From positions 1 to 64,000 of IMG/VR virus record IMGVR_UViG_3300010224_000001: a DNA stretch of 64,000 bases. One strand, written 5' to 3'. Of this stretch, positions 19,417-29,031 are shown piece after piece. Source of the stretch: a virus. Under the pieces are notes generated by a model. It was not told where the DNA came from. It ran no database searches and was given only the letters and a program-made list of their open reading frames with translations. Both the position numbers and the translations under genes were made by a program. Within the stretch, counting starts at the first letter, position 1. The number at the start of each line of letters is the position of its first letter.

Positions 19417-20958
19417 TTAGATCAGACTCATGTAATAGCGCTTCTCATTTGAGAGTGCTCGACCAGCTAACAATCTATCTTTCTCTTCGTGGTAATCGAT
19501 GTGTTTAATGATATCTTCACACACCACATAGCCAAATTCTGGCGTCCAACCATCTTTTGGTTTACGGAGACGTCCGAAACCTTGAACATTACCTTGTGTG
19601 CTTCGGATCATGTGCGACAAAATCACAGTCGCCAGCATCGGGATATCTAAACCAGTACCCGCAGAACCTACGGTGCTTACACTGATCTCTGCTTCTTTGA
19701 TATCCTCATCCGCATCATCTTCTACAAAGCGACGAATATCTTTGCGTGGATAATGTTGCTTAAGCCAATTCACGAAACGGGTACACATGTCAATACTTGC
19801 AAAGTAGAATAGACATCTCTGACCTGGCAAGTAGTTACGAATGTAAGTTTCCTCCATAAAGGTGCGGTGCATAATGAAGTAGTTCTCAAGCACCTTAGGC
19901 TGCTTAATAATGCTCTCCTCAAACGCAAAGTGCGAATAAGAAGAGTTACCAGGCATATTGGTTTTGATCTTTTCTGGATTCCTAAACTTGTACATCAAGT
20001 AATACGACTTGACATACTTGTCATACTCACCACCAATGTAACGCTGCTCAAATGGATACGCCACCTTCATCATGTTAGCGACGAAAGGATTATCCGACAA
20101 TAACGTAGCCGAGAGCGACAACGAGCGTTCTACGTTGGTGTAAAGATCCAGTTTAAAGTTGAAATGGAAATCTTCGTGGACTTCGTCAATCAGACGAATA
20201 CCGGCTCTGACATGAGCAAAGAAATCTTGCGGTAAGCAAGGATAGCCCATGTCGAGGATTTGCGTGTAATGCAGTTCGTAAAGACGAATCCAGTTACGAT
20301 AGACTGCATTGGAGATAACGATAAACTTGTATGGTAGATCTCCTTGCGCCGCCATGTTTAATAATGAGATTAACTGGTTACCGGCATTCTTACCATAGAT
20401 CGCGCACACTTCTTTATTCTTGATATTGTACGCTTTCTTAATCTCATTCACCCATTGCGTAATATACTTGGGTTTAAGAATTGCAACTGCACGTTTATTG
20501 TAGTGAAAGATACTACGTAGCGCACAGAATGTTTTACCCTTGCCTGTCTGCAGATCCACTAAACGCGAGCGTGGGCCTTCATCACGCACGATATAGTCAA
20601 TCACAGGCACTTGATAGTCGCGTGGCTCTACGGCGTCGCTAGCAAGCTCAAAACCGACTTCTGGTTGAATGGTGAGCGGAACTCTGCTCCAATGCACCAT
20701 AGTGTCGTTAATGTGATACCGCTTTAAATGCTCCTTAAACTTTTCAAACAGGTTAATGTGAAAACGGTGCTCGTTACGGTAACGAGTCGACGCCGCATAT
20801 ACTTTATCAGCCACCCGCACGGCAGGACCCCGCCGTTGGGGTCTCCACGACCACTGAATTAGTGATCGTGCAAAGTCATCAACGGCGGGTCGTGCGCGAG
20901 GGTTGATGCCACTCACAACAAAATGGTGGGTAGCAACACTTACGCGCAGTTCTATCAT
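19417..20958 (-). CDS. SF2 DExH helicase (phiKZ gp75-like)
   Basis: Q motif PRDYQ, Walker A QTGKGKT, DEVH, SAT, GTGLDIP, QGFGRLR. Confidence 0.92.
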   Translation of the reverse strand: MIELRVSVATHHFVVSGINPRARPAVDDFARSLIQWSWRPQRRGPAVRVADKVYAASTRYRNEHRFHINLFEKFKEHLKRYHINDTMVHWSRVPLTIQPEVGFELASDAVEPRDYQVPVIDYIVRDEGPRSRLVDLQTGKGKTFCALRSIFHYNKRAVAILKPKYITQWVNEIKKAYNIKNKEVCAIYGKNAGNQLISLLNMAAQGDLPYKFIVISNAVYRNWIRLYELHYTQILDMGYPCLPQDFFAHVRAGIRLIDEVHEDFHFNFKLDLYTNVERSLSLSATLLSDNPFVANMMKVAYPFEQRYIGGEYDKYVKSYYLMYKFRNPEKIKTNMPGNSSYSHFAFEESIIKQPKVLENYFIMHRTFMEETYIRNYLPGQRCLFYFASIDMCTRFVNWLKQHYPRKDIRRFVEDDADEDIKEAEISVSTVGSAGTGLDIPMLATVILSHMIRSTQGNVQGFGRLRKPKDGWTPEFGYVVCEDIIKHIDYHEEKDRLLAGRALSNEKRYYMSLI

Positions 20959-22959
20959 TTATTGTCCAAGTGTTTCGTTGGGCATTAAGATGCAATCAAA
21001 TGGATGGTCAATCCGGTTGGTTACGAGATAGCTGTCTGGCGACTTGATGAGTTCAGCTTGATCTTCGTATGCCATTGCCACACCTTGACTACGGTATTCC
21101 ATGGTCTTGGATTGGACACTCACACTCATGCGTGTCCATGGCTTAGGCAAACTATAATCGTTATCCTCGGCAGAAACAATCATGGTGGAATACATGATCA
21201 CTTCAATCAAGGCTGCATTCACATCGAGCTTCCAGTTCACGTAATCCAGCAGTTCCTGCAACATCTTTTCAGGCACCACTGCTTTATCACGCTTACGCAT
21301 TTCACTGACACGCGACTCCAACATCTTGGCCACGTTATCCACGTGATCGCTGTTGTTAAAGTGTTTCTGTGGCAGGATGATGAAAGTATCTTCCCAATCC
21401 CAACCAGACATGTCAATGCAATACTCTTCGTCAGCCGTAATCGTCCAGCGCTGACCGCGAATGTACTCCAGCATCTCATAGGTAAAGCTACCCATTCGAC
21501 CATTTACCGACACTTTCACGTTTTCGTTGTCTGCGACTTTACCATCAAACGTCAAGAACGTAATCGAATCGAGTTCGGTATAGTGACGTTCATGCAAGTC
21601 ACGCACGCTCTCTACCGACAACACATCCATCAGACCTTGAGCCTGCTCAGGCGCAATCACAATCTGCACTCGCTTGTCTTTAATCGAACCCGACAGCAAG
21701 TACGAACTGTTATCGCGACCCACCTTGACATACTTAGATTCCATACCCGTCAGCTTGATTTTGTCAAGCGTTGCGTTGGTATCCAAGTGTTTACTAGACA
21801 GCAGGTTTTGTGAAGCCTGCTTTGCCATGTAGGTCGAAGCCAACTGACCAATGTTAGTACGTTCCGGCACAGCCAGTGACAAGTCACCGAAACAGGTCGA
21901 ACAAATACCAACTGGATCAGGATGCGCACAGAACAGCGGTGAACGAATCTTGATGCGCTGACCGATGAGGTTCTTGGACTTTGGTGTGATGGGATGCAAC
22001 TTGCCATTGGCACCTAAGAACAATTTACCATGGAACACTCGCAAGTCACTTGGACGCACTTGGTTACCATTATCATCGTTTTCAGCGTCACGCATCGTCC
22101 ATTCGAGATACCGCACCGTACCACAATCCCCATGATGCAGATTCTGAACAGTTTGTGACACGAACTGCAAACGGCGTGAGAAGTACTCGGATTGTTTCAG
22201 CGCCTCAGCTGCGTAGTACGACGCTTTCGCTGCGGAGCGAGACTCAACCATAGAGTCATACAGCGAACGAATACCTTCAGCATAGCCACGGGTGATTGGC
22301 ATACGGAAGATACGTGAGTTCATGTCCGTTAGCGCGCCACGAGCTGTGATACATTGCAGCACTTGACCAGGCTTGAGCAGACCAGAACGGAAGTCACGCG
22401 CAATCGGATTGTGGCGCAGACGGCTTTGATCCGCCAATACGTTAGCCACTACGTCGTAGGCATTACTCACGGCTTCAGACGTTCTGGTCATGTTGGCGTT
22501 CACATCGAAGATCTCAGGCTCGTCCAACACTTCCATCACGTCCAGCAAATCCAGACGTCCTGCAAATTCACCGGTACGAGCAGTCACCTCCACGTATTGC
22601 TTATTACCGATTACCGCTGCCATGGCTGTCAGATCAGGATCAAGCTTAACCCGTGCCGAACCGTAGGTGTCATACACTGCCCACATACACGCGCCAAGCT
22701 GACCCAAATCCACACTTACCGAAAAGCGCCGTTTACTGGTGAAGAACCGCAAGTGATGTGCTTGCAGCAACGGCGTTTCTGGATAGTTGCGATGGAAGTC
22801 CCAAGCGTACGTACTGTAGATAGTTTCATAAGCGTTGGTTGCGAATTCCCCATCATCAAAGATAAGGACGAATCGACCCGTGAGAATGTCCCACAGTTCA
22901 GTTGCCTGATAGTTGAGCAAATCTCGCGCTTTAATGCGTGGTAAGACTTGTTCCGACAT
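20959..22959 (-). CDS. Non-virion RNA polymerase beta' C-terminal subunit (phiKZ gp74-like)
   Basis: GYAEG...ESRSAAKA...SEYFSRRLQ bridge helix, GDCGT, RSPLFC...ICSTCFG, trigger loop QNLLSSKH. Confidence 0.92.
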   Translation of the reverse strand: MSEQVLPRIKARDLLNYQATELWDILTGRFVLIFDDGEFATNAYETIYSTYAWDFHRNYPETPLLQAHHLRFFTSKRRFSVSVDLGQLGACMWAVYDTYGSARVKLDPDLTAMAAVIGNKQYVEVTARTGEFAGRLDLLDVMEVLDEPEIFDVNANMTRTSEAVSNAYDVVANVLADQSRLRHNPIARDFRSGLLKPGQVLQCITARGALTDMNSRIFRMPITRGYAEGIRSLYDSMVESRSAAKASYYAAEALKQSEYFSRRLQFVSQTVQNLHHGDCGTVRYLEWTMRDAENDDNGNQVRPSDLRVFHGKLFLGANGKLHPITPKSKNLIGQRIKIRSPLFCAHPDPVGICSTCFGDLSLAVPERTNIGQLASTYMAKQASQNLLSSKHLDTNATLDKIKLTGMESKYVKVGRDNSSYLLSGSIKDKRVQIVIAPEQAQGLMDVLSVESVRDLHERHYTELDSITFLTFDGKVADNENVKVSVNGRMGSFTYEMLEYIRGQRWTITADEEYCIDMSGWDWEDTFIILPQKHFNNSDHVDNVAKMLESRVSEMRKRDKAVVPEKMLQELLDYVNWKLDVNAALIEVIMYSTMIVSAEDNDYSLPKPWTRMSVSVQSKTMEYRSQGVAMAYEDQAELIKSPDSYLVTNRIDHPFDCILMPNETLGQ

Positions 22960-23021
22960 TACTTTCTTCTCCTTTCTACCACCTGATCAATGTCTCCACT
23001 AACCAGGTGGCTGAAGCATTA

Positions 23022-25220
23022 TTACAGGACCGCTGCGCTCAGCGCCGAGTCGTTATCGTATTTCCAGGTAGGCTTAAACGGTTTGTACGCAAAAGCCCAG
23101 CCGCCACATTGTGCAATGTGTTTGACCAACTGCAGAGGTCTTGCACCACCCAACGGCACCTTCTTCCGATCAACCGCAAGGTCAATGTTAGTCGGTTTAT
23201 CTGCCCGCAGGATCGAACGCACGATTTCCTTGTGAGCAGCCAAGTTGTTATTACGGTCAAGAATCTCAGCCGCAACACGACCACCTGCATACGACAACAG
23301 GATTCGGATTTCAGCTTCACCGAAAGAACGCGTAGGATTATGACGGATCGGTTTCGAGTACTTATCCTGATTCGACATGGTTGCCAACACGCCGTAGTGC
23401 TGCGTCGTGGCTGTCGACACTGCAGACCAGCTATCTGCAATCTTCTCCAGCATCAGGATATGCATCGGACCAATTCGAATCTTTTCACGCGTGGTGATGT
23501 GATTGCCAAACGGATCGATGTATTTCACAGGACCCCACAGCGGCGGATAGAATTCCTCGATGTCCGCCACCATGTTCTTGAACTCTAGCTTATGGTCTGT
23601 GCGAATATGCAGCACCAGGTAATTCTCATGCAACACATGCTTCAGGTGACTGATAGGCGTGGCGCCATGTCGTCCTTCAGCAAACACTGCATGTTGTTCT
23701 GGTACGGTGATCGCATAGTAACCCAGCAGGTAATTCCATGCCTGATTGAGTTTATCTGGCTCAGTTTGCTGGATATGCAAAAGCTGTTGTTCAACCGCTC
23801 TTTCTGTTCGATATAGGTCCTTCGTAATGCCAAGTTGAAGCCTTACGGTTCTGAGCACATCTCGACTAGCTGAGTTAATATACTGCTCATATAGCCTTGA
23901 TATAATCATTCGGTTGATAGTCGAGCCAGGGTCAAACACGAAGTCCGCCACGTTGCCATGTTCATCAACTGGCATTTCTTCACGCTTACCTACTCGGCAA
24001 ACCACGCCTTTACCACCGAAGTCGTCCGTGAACTTATTGCCGATGTTCGGGATGTTGATGTACTCGATCACAAACGTGATGTGCCAATCATCCAGCGGCA
24101 CTTTCTTGTTCACTTTCTGAGCACGCATTTCCAGCGGACCTACTACCGAAATTGCTTCCACACACAGACGATGCAGTTCGTTCGACAGCTTCAGTTTATC
24201 GCCATACTTCGATTCCCATTGACGATTCAGGTCGTAAATCTTTTGATAGAATACACGACGCGCTTTGTCGTACTTGGTGCTCTGACCTTCCATGGTAGGC
24301 GGTGTGCCTGCATGGTTAGTATGAACATCGTGATTGATGCGGATATCTATGACGCGGCCACCACCACCAGCTGCATACACGCATTTGTCAAACAAGAAGT
24401 CCACACGCTGTGTTGCTTTCCGACTCATTTCGACCGGAGCTAACAACTTGTGTTTCTTATTGTTTTGCTCATACGGCCTTAAGACCATCAAGAGACCATC
24501 GTTGCGGATCGTCTCACCGATGTCGGGATAAGATTTGTAATTATCCTCATCACCGTAGATGTTGAGCGGATAAGAATTCGAACCGAACTCTACCACTCGA
24601 GTCTCATACGTGCGGAACGCAAACTTGTGCAAGACGTCTTCATTAATCAGAATACCGTCTTCCGAGGTGGCCGGGTGAGTCATCATCACAACGTTAGCCA
24701 TCACGCCGTAACGATACTCACCGCCTGGCGTCACGCCGGGTGAATCTAAAAACTTAGTTCCTTTACGAATAAAGTTTCCTGTGAAGATTTCGCTAATTGC
24801 AGGCTGCGCAACATACTTCCAACCGATATACGGGTGGAATGAGCAATACTCACTCAGCGACACCATACCGAATTCACCAGTATCGGTGTCTTCGTAAATG
24901 ATCACTGTTTGAGGATTCATCTTAATTGCATCAGCACCTTCCATGTTCTCATTGTAACGTGGAATGACTGCAATCAAACGACCGTTACCAGGCATCTTGA
25001 CCGAGAAGGTCGTTTCTGCCAGGTTCGCTACTTCCATACCAGTTTGGATCATGCGTTCGCTCAGACCGTTAACCACGACCAACTGGCCAAGGTTATTTGC
25101 GTTCATTTGCTTACGCGGAGAAGAAGTACCACCAGGCATGAAGTTAAGGCCGAGCACTGATTGTGTTTCTGGATAGTGCTGGTTTTCTTGTACCTGGATC
25201 TTCTTGATTTTCATACTCAT
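23022..25220 (-). CDS. Non-virion RNA polymerase beta C-terminal subunit (phiKZ gp71-73-like), uninterrupted
   Basis: SSPRKQM, TSEDGILI, GNKFTDDFGGKGVV, STINRM, RSFGEAEIR. Confidence 0.92.
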   Translation of the reverse strand: MSMKIKKIQVQENQHYPETQSVLGLNFMPGGTSSPRKQMNANNLGQLVVVNGLSERMIQTGMEVANLAETTFSVKMPGNGRLIAVIPRYNENMEGADAIKMNPQTVIIYEDTDTGEFGMVSLSEYCSFHPYIGWKYVAQPAISEIFTGNFIRKGTKFLDSPGVTPGGEYRYGVMANVVMMTHPATSEDGILINEDVLHKFAFRTYETRVVEFGSNSYPLNIYGDEDNYKSYPDIGETIRNDGLLMVLRPYEQNNKKHKLLAPVEMSRKATQRVDFLFDKCVYAAGGGGRVIDIRINHDVHTNHAGTPPTMEGQSTKYDKARRVFYQKIYDLNRQWESKYGDKLKLSNELHRLCVEAISVVGPLEMRAQKVNKKVPLDDWHITFVIEYINIPNIGNKFTDDFGGKGVVCRVGKREEMPVDEHGNVADFVFDPGSTINRMIISRLYEQYINSASRDVLRTVRLQLGITKDLYRTERAVEQQLLHIQQTEPDKLNQAWNYLLGYYAITVPEQHAVFAEGRHGATPISHLKHVLHENYLVLHIRTDHKLEFKNMVADIEEFYPPLWGPVKYIDPFGNHITTREKIRIGPMHILMLEKIADSWSAVSTATTQHYGVLATMSNQDKYSKPIRHNPTRSFGEAEIRILLSYAGGRVAAEILDRNNNLAAHKEIVRSILRADKPTNIDLAVDRKKVPLGGARPLQLVKHIAQCGGWAFAYKPFKPTWKYDNDSALSAAVL

Positions 25221-25277
25221 CCTTTTCTTCGCAGATCAGAACATTATCGCTGAACCACTTATTCTTGGTTCTTATTA

Positions 25278-25299
25278 GTGATATATAACTACATTTTTT
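25278..25299 (-). promoter_or_regulatory. Early (virion RNAP) promoter candidate
   Basis: AAAAAATGTAGTTATATATCAC on the minus strand, resembling the phiKZ early TATATTAC motif; upstream of nvRNAP beta. Confidence 0.7.
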
Positions 25300-25334
25300 C
25301 TAGTCACTTTTTGTTATTGAAAAGGATCAATATC

Positions 25335-25673
25335 ATGACGATTGATGATTTGATGGTGTCCGATGGACCGAGCGCCTATTATGATAGTGGAATGATGAAT
25401 GTTTTTGAAGACCACATGACCTACTTCAGAACTCATCCGCTTACCCAATATAAAGAAGTTGATCCCGCATTAGCTTACCAATACGAGTACGATCTGAGAG
25501 GTTTGTTTCAAGAACTAGGTATTAGTCAGCATTTACATTACCTCGTTATGCGTATGAATGGTTTCAATACTTACAACGACAAGCTGGGCGATATGCTCTT
25601 ACTGATGATTCCTAATCCAGCAATTGTGGATCAGGTGAAACAATCATACTTTAGTAAGAACCGTACCACCTAA
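25335..25673 (+). CDS. Small conserved protein, T4 gp53/LysM-like baseplate wedge candidate
   Basis: AAGGA RBS before MTIDDLMV; LHYLVMRMNG...LMIP pattern. Confidence 0.55.
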   Translation: MTIDDLMVSDGPSAYYDSGMMNVFEDHMTYFRTHPLTQYKEVDPALAYQYEYDLRGLFQELGISQHLHYLVMRMNGFNTYNDKLGDMLLLMIPNPAIVDQVKQSYFSKNRTT

Positions 25674-25721
25674 TATTGCATCCCAATCTTTTTTAACTAA
25701 AAAGAAACTTCATGAAGTAAA

Positions 25722-25770
25722 GAGAGAAAACACGGTTCCTATTACTAGGGCCGTGTTTTCTCGTCTTATG
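25722..25770. terminator. Hairpin between convergent genes
   Basis: GAGAAAACACGGTTCCT...AGGGCCGTGTTTTCTC, followed by TTATG. Confidence 0.75.
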
Positions 25771-25782
25771 GGCGGTTATTGA

Positions 25783-27360
25783 TTAGTAGGGACGGCGTTG
25801 CTGCCACGGCAGATTACCTTGAGGAACATTGGGCGTGTTCATCGGCTGCGGTGCCATTTGCTGCGGATAAACCATACCCGGCACAGGCATACCAGGATAA
25901 ACCATACCAGGCATCATCTGACCAGGATACATCATTTGGCCAGGGTACATACCAGGAACAGGCATCATGCCCGGCATCATTTGGCCAGGGTACATCATCA
26001 CCTGACCGGCCAGTTGCGGAGCTGCCATGGCTGCACCGGCGATGGCTGGATTGGAACGCAGGATGTCTGCTGCTGACGTACCACCACCAGCCGGTGGCGC
26101 ACTCGGTTGTGCAGTTGGTTGCGGGACACCCGGTTGCCATGCAGGAGCAGCCGGAACGAATACACCATTCACCCATTGACCTGCCATGGGCGGCTGTTGC
26201 ATCGGCGGTTGCTGAGGTGCGGTATTCCACGGCAGACCTTGCGGCGGTTGCACAACTGGTGCCGGTTGCGCGACTGGTGCTTGAACCGGAGCCGGTTGCG
26301 CTGCTTGCTGTACCGGCGCTTGTGTCACTAACGGAGCAGGAGAACCCATGCGCGGGATATCACGCACTTGCGGCCACAGCGCATCGATGTCGTCTTTGAA
26401 CACTTCTGCCCAGTCCGAATCGAAACGCAATTTCTCGATACCGTCGATTGCGCCAGTGAACAGATCAATGATATCGTTCAGACGCGAAGCCAGTGCCATG
26501 AACGAATGCATGAGTGCATCCAGACCTGGTGCCATCATCGAGTTACTGCCGTAGTTGTAAGCTTCCGGTTCAGCGATTTGCGGAATCAGATAACCCAGCA
26601 GATTCATCAGCGGTACACGATCTTTCTGACGCACTTCGACGTCATAAATCACACGACCAGACTTTGCGCCAGCTTCTTTCTTCGGGCTCTTATGACCGGA
26701 TTCCTTGGCATGTTGACGATCCGTCTCATCCTTGGACCATTTCACCAGTTCATCGTACAGCGGGAAGTTAACCACAGCCACACGCGTAAAGCTCTTGAGT
26801 TGCTTGGTGGTCTTATCTTTAACCGTACCTGCTTTCTTCAGGTAGATGTGGGTGATTGCTTGTTGCGTTTGCCGAGCAGGCATGTTTGCAATCAAGCCTT
26901 CCCATTTCTTCACCGTGGTAGCATCCGCATCTGCCACCAGACTCAGATACTGAGCTTGGTCCATCGACAGCGTAGTGTGACGCTTCTCGGACGCATTCAG
27001 CTCGAGCAGTTCCAGCATGATGTCCGCAATGGTACGATTCAGACGAACCACGGCCATACTACGGAAGAATGCCAGTTGTTCGCTTTCTGATTCCAGAATG
27101 TTTTCCGACAACAGATGCATGACCAAGCGATCATTGATGTGCGGACTCTTCAGTTGTTCCGGAATCGGAATCACTGCCTGGTGTCCATTCTTCGTGGCCG
27201 GATGAACTTCACCTTTGGCGTCGATCAGCCGAACGAATCCATCTTTGGTAACATCCATACCTACCGCTTTGAACATCGAACGGTAGATATCGTTAATAAC
27301 ATCCTTCATAGGGACTCCATTATGCTTATTATTTCGAAGCGTAAGTTGTAAATCCACCAC
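25783..27360 (-). CDS. Nucleus-block core protein (phiKZ gp70-like) with a P/Q/M/G-rich repeat tail
   Basis: Directly after picA; folded N-terminal domain plus a ~190-aa low-complexity tail; likely start at the MKDVIND methionine (GGAG RBS). Confidence 0.7.
   Translation of the reverse strand: MVDLQLTLRNNKHNGVPMKDVINDIYRSMFKAVGMDVTKDGFVRLIDAKGEVHPATKNGHQAVIPIPEQLKSPHINDRLVMHLLSENILESESEQLAFFRSMAVVRLNRTIADIMLELLELNASEKRHTTLSMDQAQYLSLVADADATTVKKWEGLIANMPARQTQQAITHIYLKKAGTVKDKTTKQLKSFTRVAVVNFPLYDELVKWSKDETDRQHAKESGHKSPKKEAGAKSGRVIYDVEVRQKDRVPLMNLLGYLIPQIAEPEAYNYGSNSMMAPGLDALMHSFMALASRLNDIIDLFTGAIDGIEKLRFDSDWAEVFKDDIDALWPQVRDIPRMGSPAPLVTQAPVQQAAQPAPVQAPVAQPAPVVQPPQGLPWNTAPQQPPMQQPPMAGQWVNGVFVPAAPAWQPGVPQPTAQPSAPPAGGGTSAADILRSNPAIAGAAMAAPQLAGQVMMYPGQMMPGMMPVPGMYPGQMMYPGQMMPGMVYPGMPVPGMVYPQQMAPQPMNTPNVPQGNLPWQQRRPY
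25860..26003 (-). repeat. Degenerate coding repeats (M)MYPGQ / MPG
   Basis: Repeated GGATAAACCATACC and CATCATTTGGCCAGGGTACAT units. Confidence 0.85.
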
Positions 27361-27397
27361 TACCCTAGATCAGAGTAGTGGTGGCAAGATGGACTAA

Positions 27398-29014
27398 TTA
27401 GTAGCTAGTACGACCAGACGGCAGGAAGAACTGAGTACCAGATGCGACAGTGCTGTCAGGCTGCAGAACGCTATTCTTCAGCTCACTGAATTGACCAGCC
27501 AGATTGTTCAGGTTCTGGCGATTGCGCGTGATGATCGGCGCAGTCATCGAGTTGGCATACGCAGGCATGACATAGTCAACCGGCGGATAACCATCCAGGC
27601 TCAGACTGATCCAGATTTCACCCATCAGGTGAGCGGTCACTGCAATCTCGTAACCGATACCATTGTTGTAGGTGATATCGTTCAGCAGGTGAATGCGGAA
27701 TTGTTCCTTCAGCAGTTCAGCCTGTTGTGCCATTCCGTCAATGCCAGGAATCAACGAGTCAACCGATGTATGCATCATGAACGGCATGCCGCCAGGACCG
27801 CGATTGGTTGCATGCAGTGAGATGCCACCGATCAGCAAGTTAGCCATCATGGACGGCATGCTGTTGGCAATCATGTTTGCGACCATTGTCGGACGATCTG
27901 CACCATGCCAACCTTCCGTTGCATTCGCTTGGTGGAAGTCTTCGCCAGGTGCACCCATACCCACCACTTCCGGACGACCACGCCAGAACACTTTCGTGAT
28001 CTGATCCGACAATACGTTTTGATCCAAATCAATCAAGTCCTTGAACTGGAATTGATTGGTCGAACCCGTACCACGGATACTTGACATCATGCGCATGAAC
28101 GGATCGCGATTGACAGTTTGGTCAGCCACAGAGGCTGCTGCCAAATCGTAAGCCGCGCTATGACGGTTCTGTTCTCGCGCCAACACATCGCCAGAGACCA
28201 GACCAGCAATGATAGTCGCCAGGTAGTTATTGTGGTTGGTGTGCGCAAAGCTCGACTTCACCGGTGTACTGGTTTGCTGAGCCCGCAGATCCACAACTTC
28301 CACTGCGCCACTTGCCAGATCAGGAACGTGCAAGACATTGATCGCACCAATCACATCTTGCGGACGCATCCGCATCTGCACCCTGGTATCAACATCGCCC
28401 TGATACTGGTAATTAGCCAGCACTTGACTTGCGTTCGACAGCACAGTGCGCGGCATCATTCCCATCGGCGTCATCTCGCTAACCACTCGAGTTTCATACA
28501 CCGCGTTGACGATCATGTACATTTCCGGTGCAATGTTACCGGCGGCACTTACACCCATCACGTCTGTATAACCAGTCAAAATGAACGTCTGCGCTCCCAT
28601 GCCGATCGTGTGCGCACGCAGGTGCATCACCCACGATACCCGCTGTTCATTCCAACCATTCGCAATTTGCACGATTGACTCGTACTGTGCCGTCGGCTGG
28701 ATGAAGTTGCTGGATGCAGGCGCCACGAGTTCTGGCGTCAGACTGAAATGCTGATCTGTGCTAGCTTTACCATTACGAATATCGTTTTGGTATTGATGGT
28801 AAGACTGTGCCACGATGTTTTGAATCTCGTTGGCATTGTCCGGATTATAGTTAGCAACCCACGGCCGTTGGTATTGTTGATTATACGTGCCAGTCGGGAT
28901 CATTGCCAGAGAAACGATTTCGATTTTGGCAATTTTATTCTGAGGTACGAATTGCGCATTCGGAACATTCTCGCCATCGTACGAGTCGTAAAAGCTGGCA
29001 TTGAGCGTTTGCAT
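27398..29014 (-). CDS. picA: Phage nucleus protein importer PicA/Imp1 (phiKZ gp69-like)
   Basis: 538 aa, immediately downstream of the gp68 homolog; motifs TGTYNQQYQRP, IANGW, LTGYTD and MRPQDV. Confidence 0.78.
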   Translation of the reverse strand: MQTLNASFYDSYDGENVPNAQFVPQNKIAKIEIVSLAMIPTGTYNQQYQRPWVANYNPDNANEIQNIVAQSYHQYQNDIRNGKASTDQHFSLTPELVAPASSNFIQPTAQYESIVQIANGWNEQRVSWVMHLRAHTIGMGAQTFILTGYTDVMGVSAAGNIAPEMYMIVNAVYETRVVSEMTPMGMMPRTVLSNASQVLANYQYQGDVDTRVQMRMRPQDVIGAINVLHVPDLASGAVEVVDLRAQQTSTPVKSSFAHTNHNNYLATIIAGLVSGDVLAREQNRHSAAYDLAAASVADQTVNRDPFMRMMSSIRGTGSTNQFQFKDLIDLDQNVLSDQITKVFWRGRPEVVGMGAPGEDFHQANATEGWHGADRPTMVANMIANSMPSMMANLLIGGISLHATNRGPGGMPFMMHTSVDSLIPGIDGMAQQAELLKEQFRIHLLNDITYNNGIGYEIAVTAHLMGEIWISLSLDGYPPVDYVMPAYANSMTAPIITRNRQNLNNLAGQFSELKNSVLQPDSTVASGTQFFLPSGRTSY

Positions 29015-29031
29015 GATGTAAAACTCCTTTA

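Noticed and set aside
25860-26003. Short direct repeats as a possible CRISPR array
   Set aside because: Repeats are in-frame degenerate codon repeats with no unique spacers
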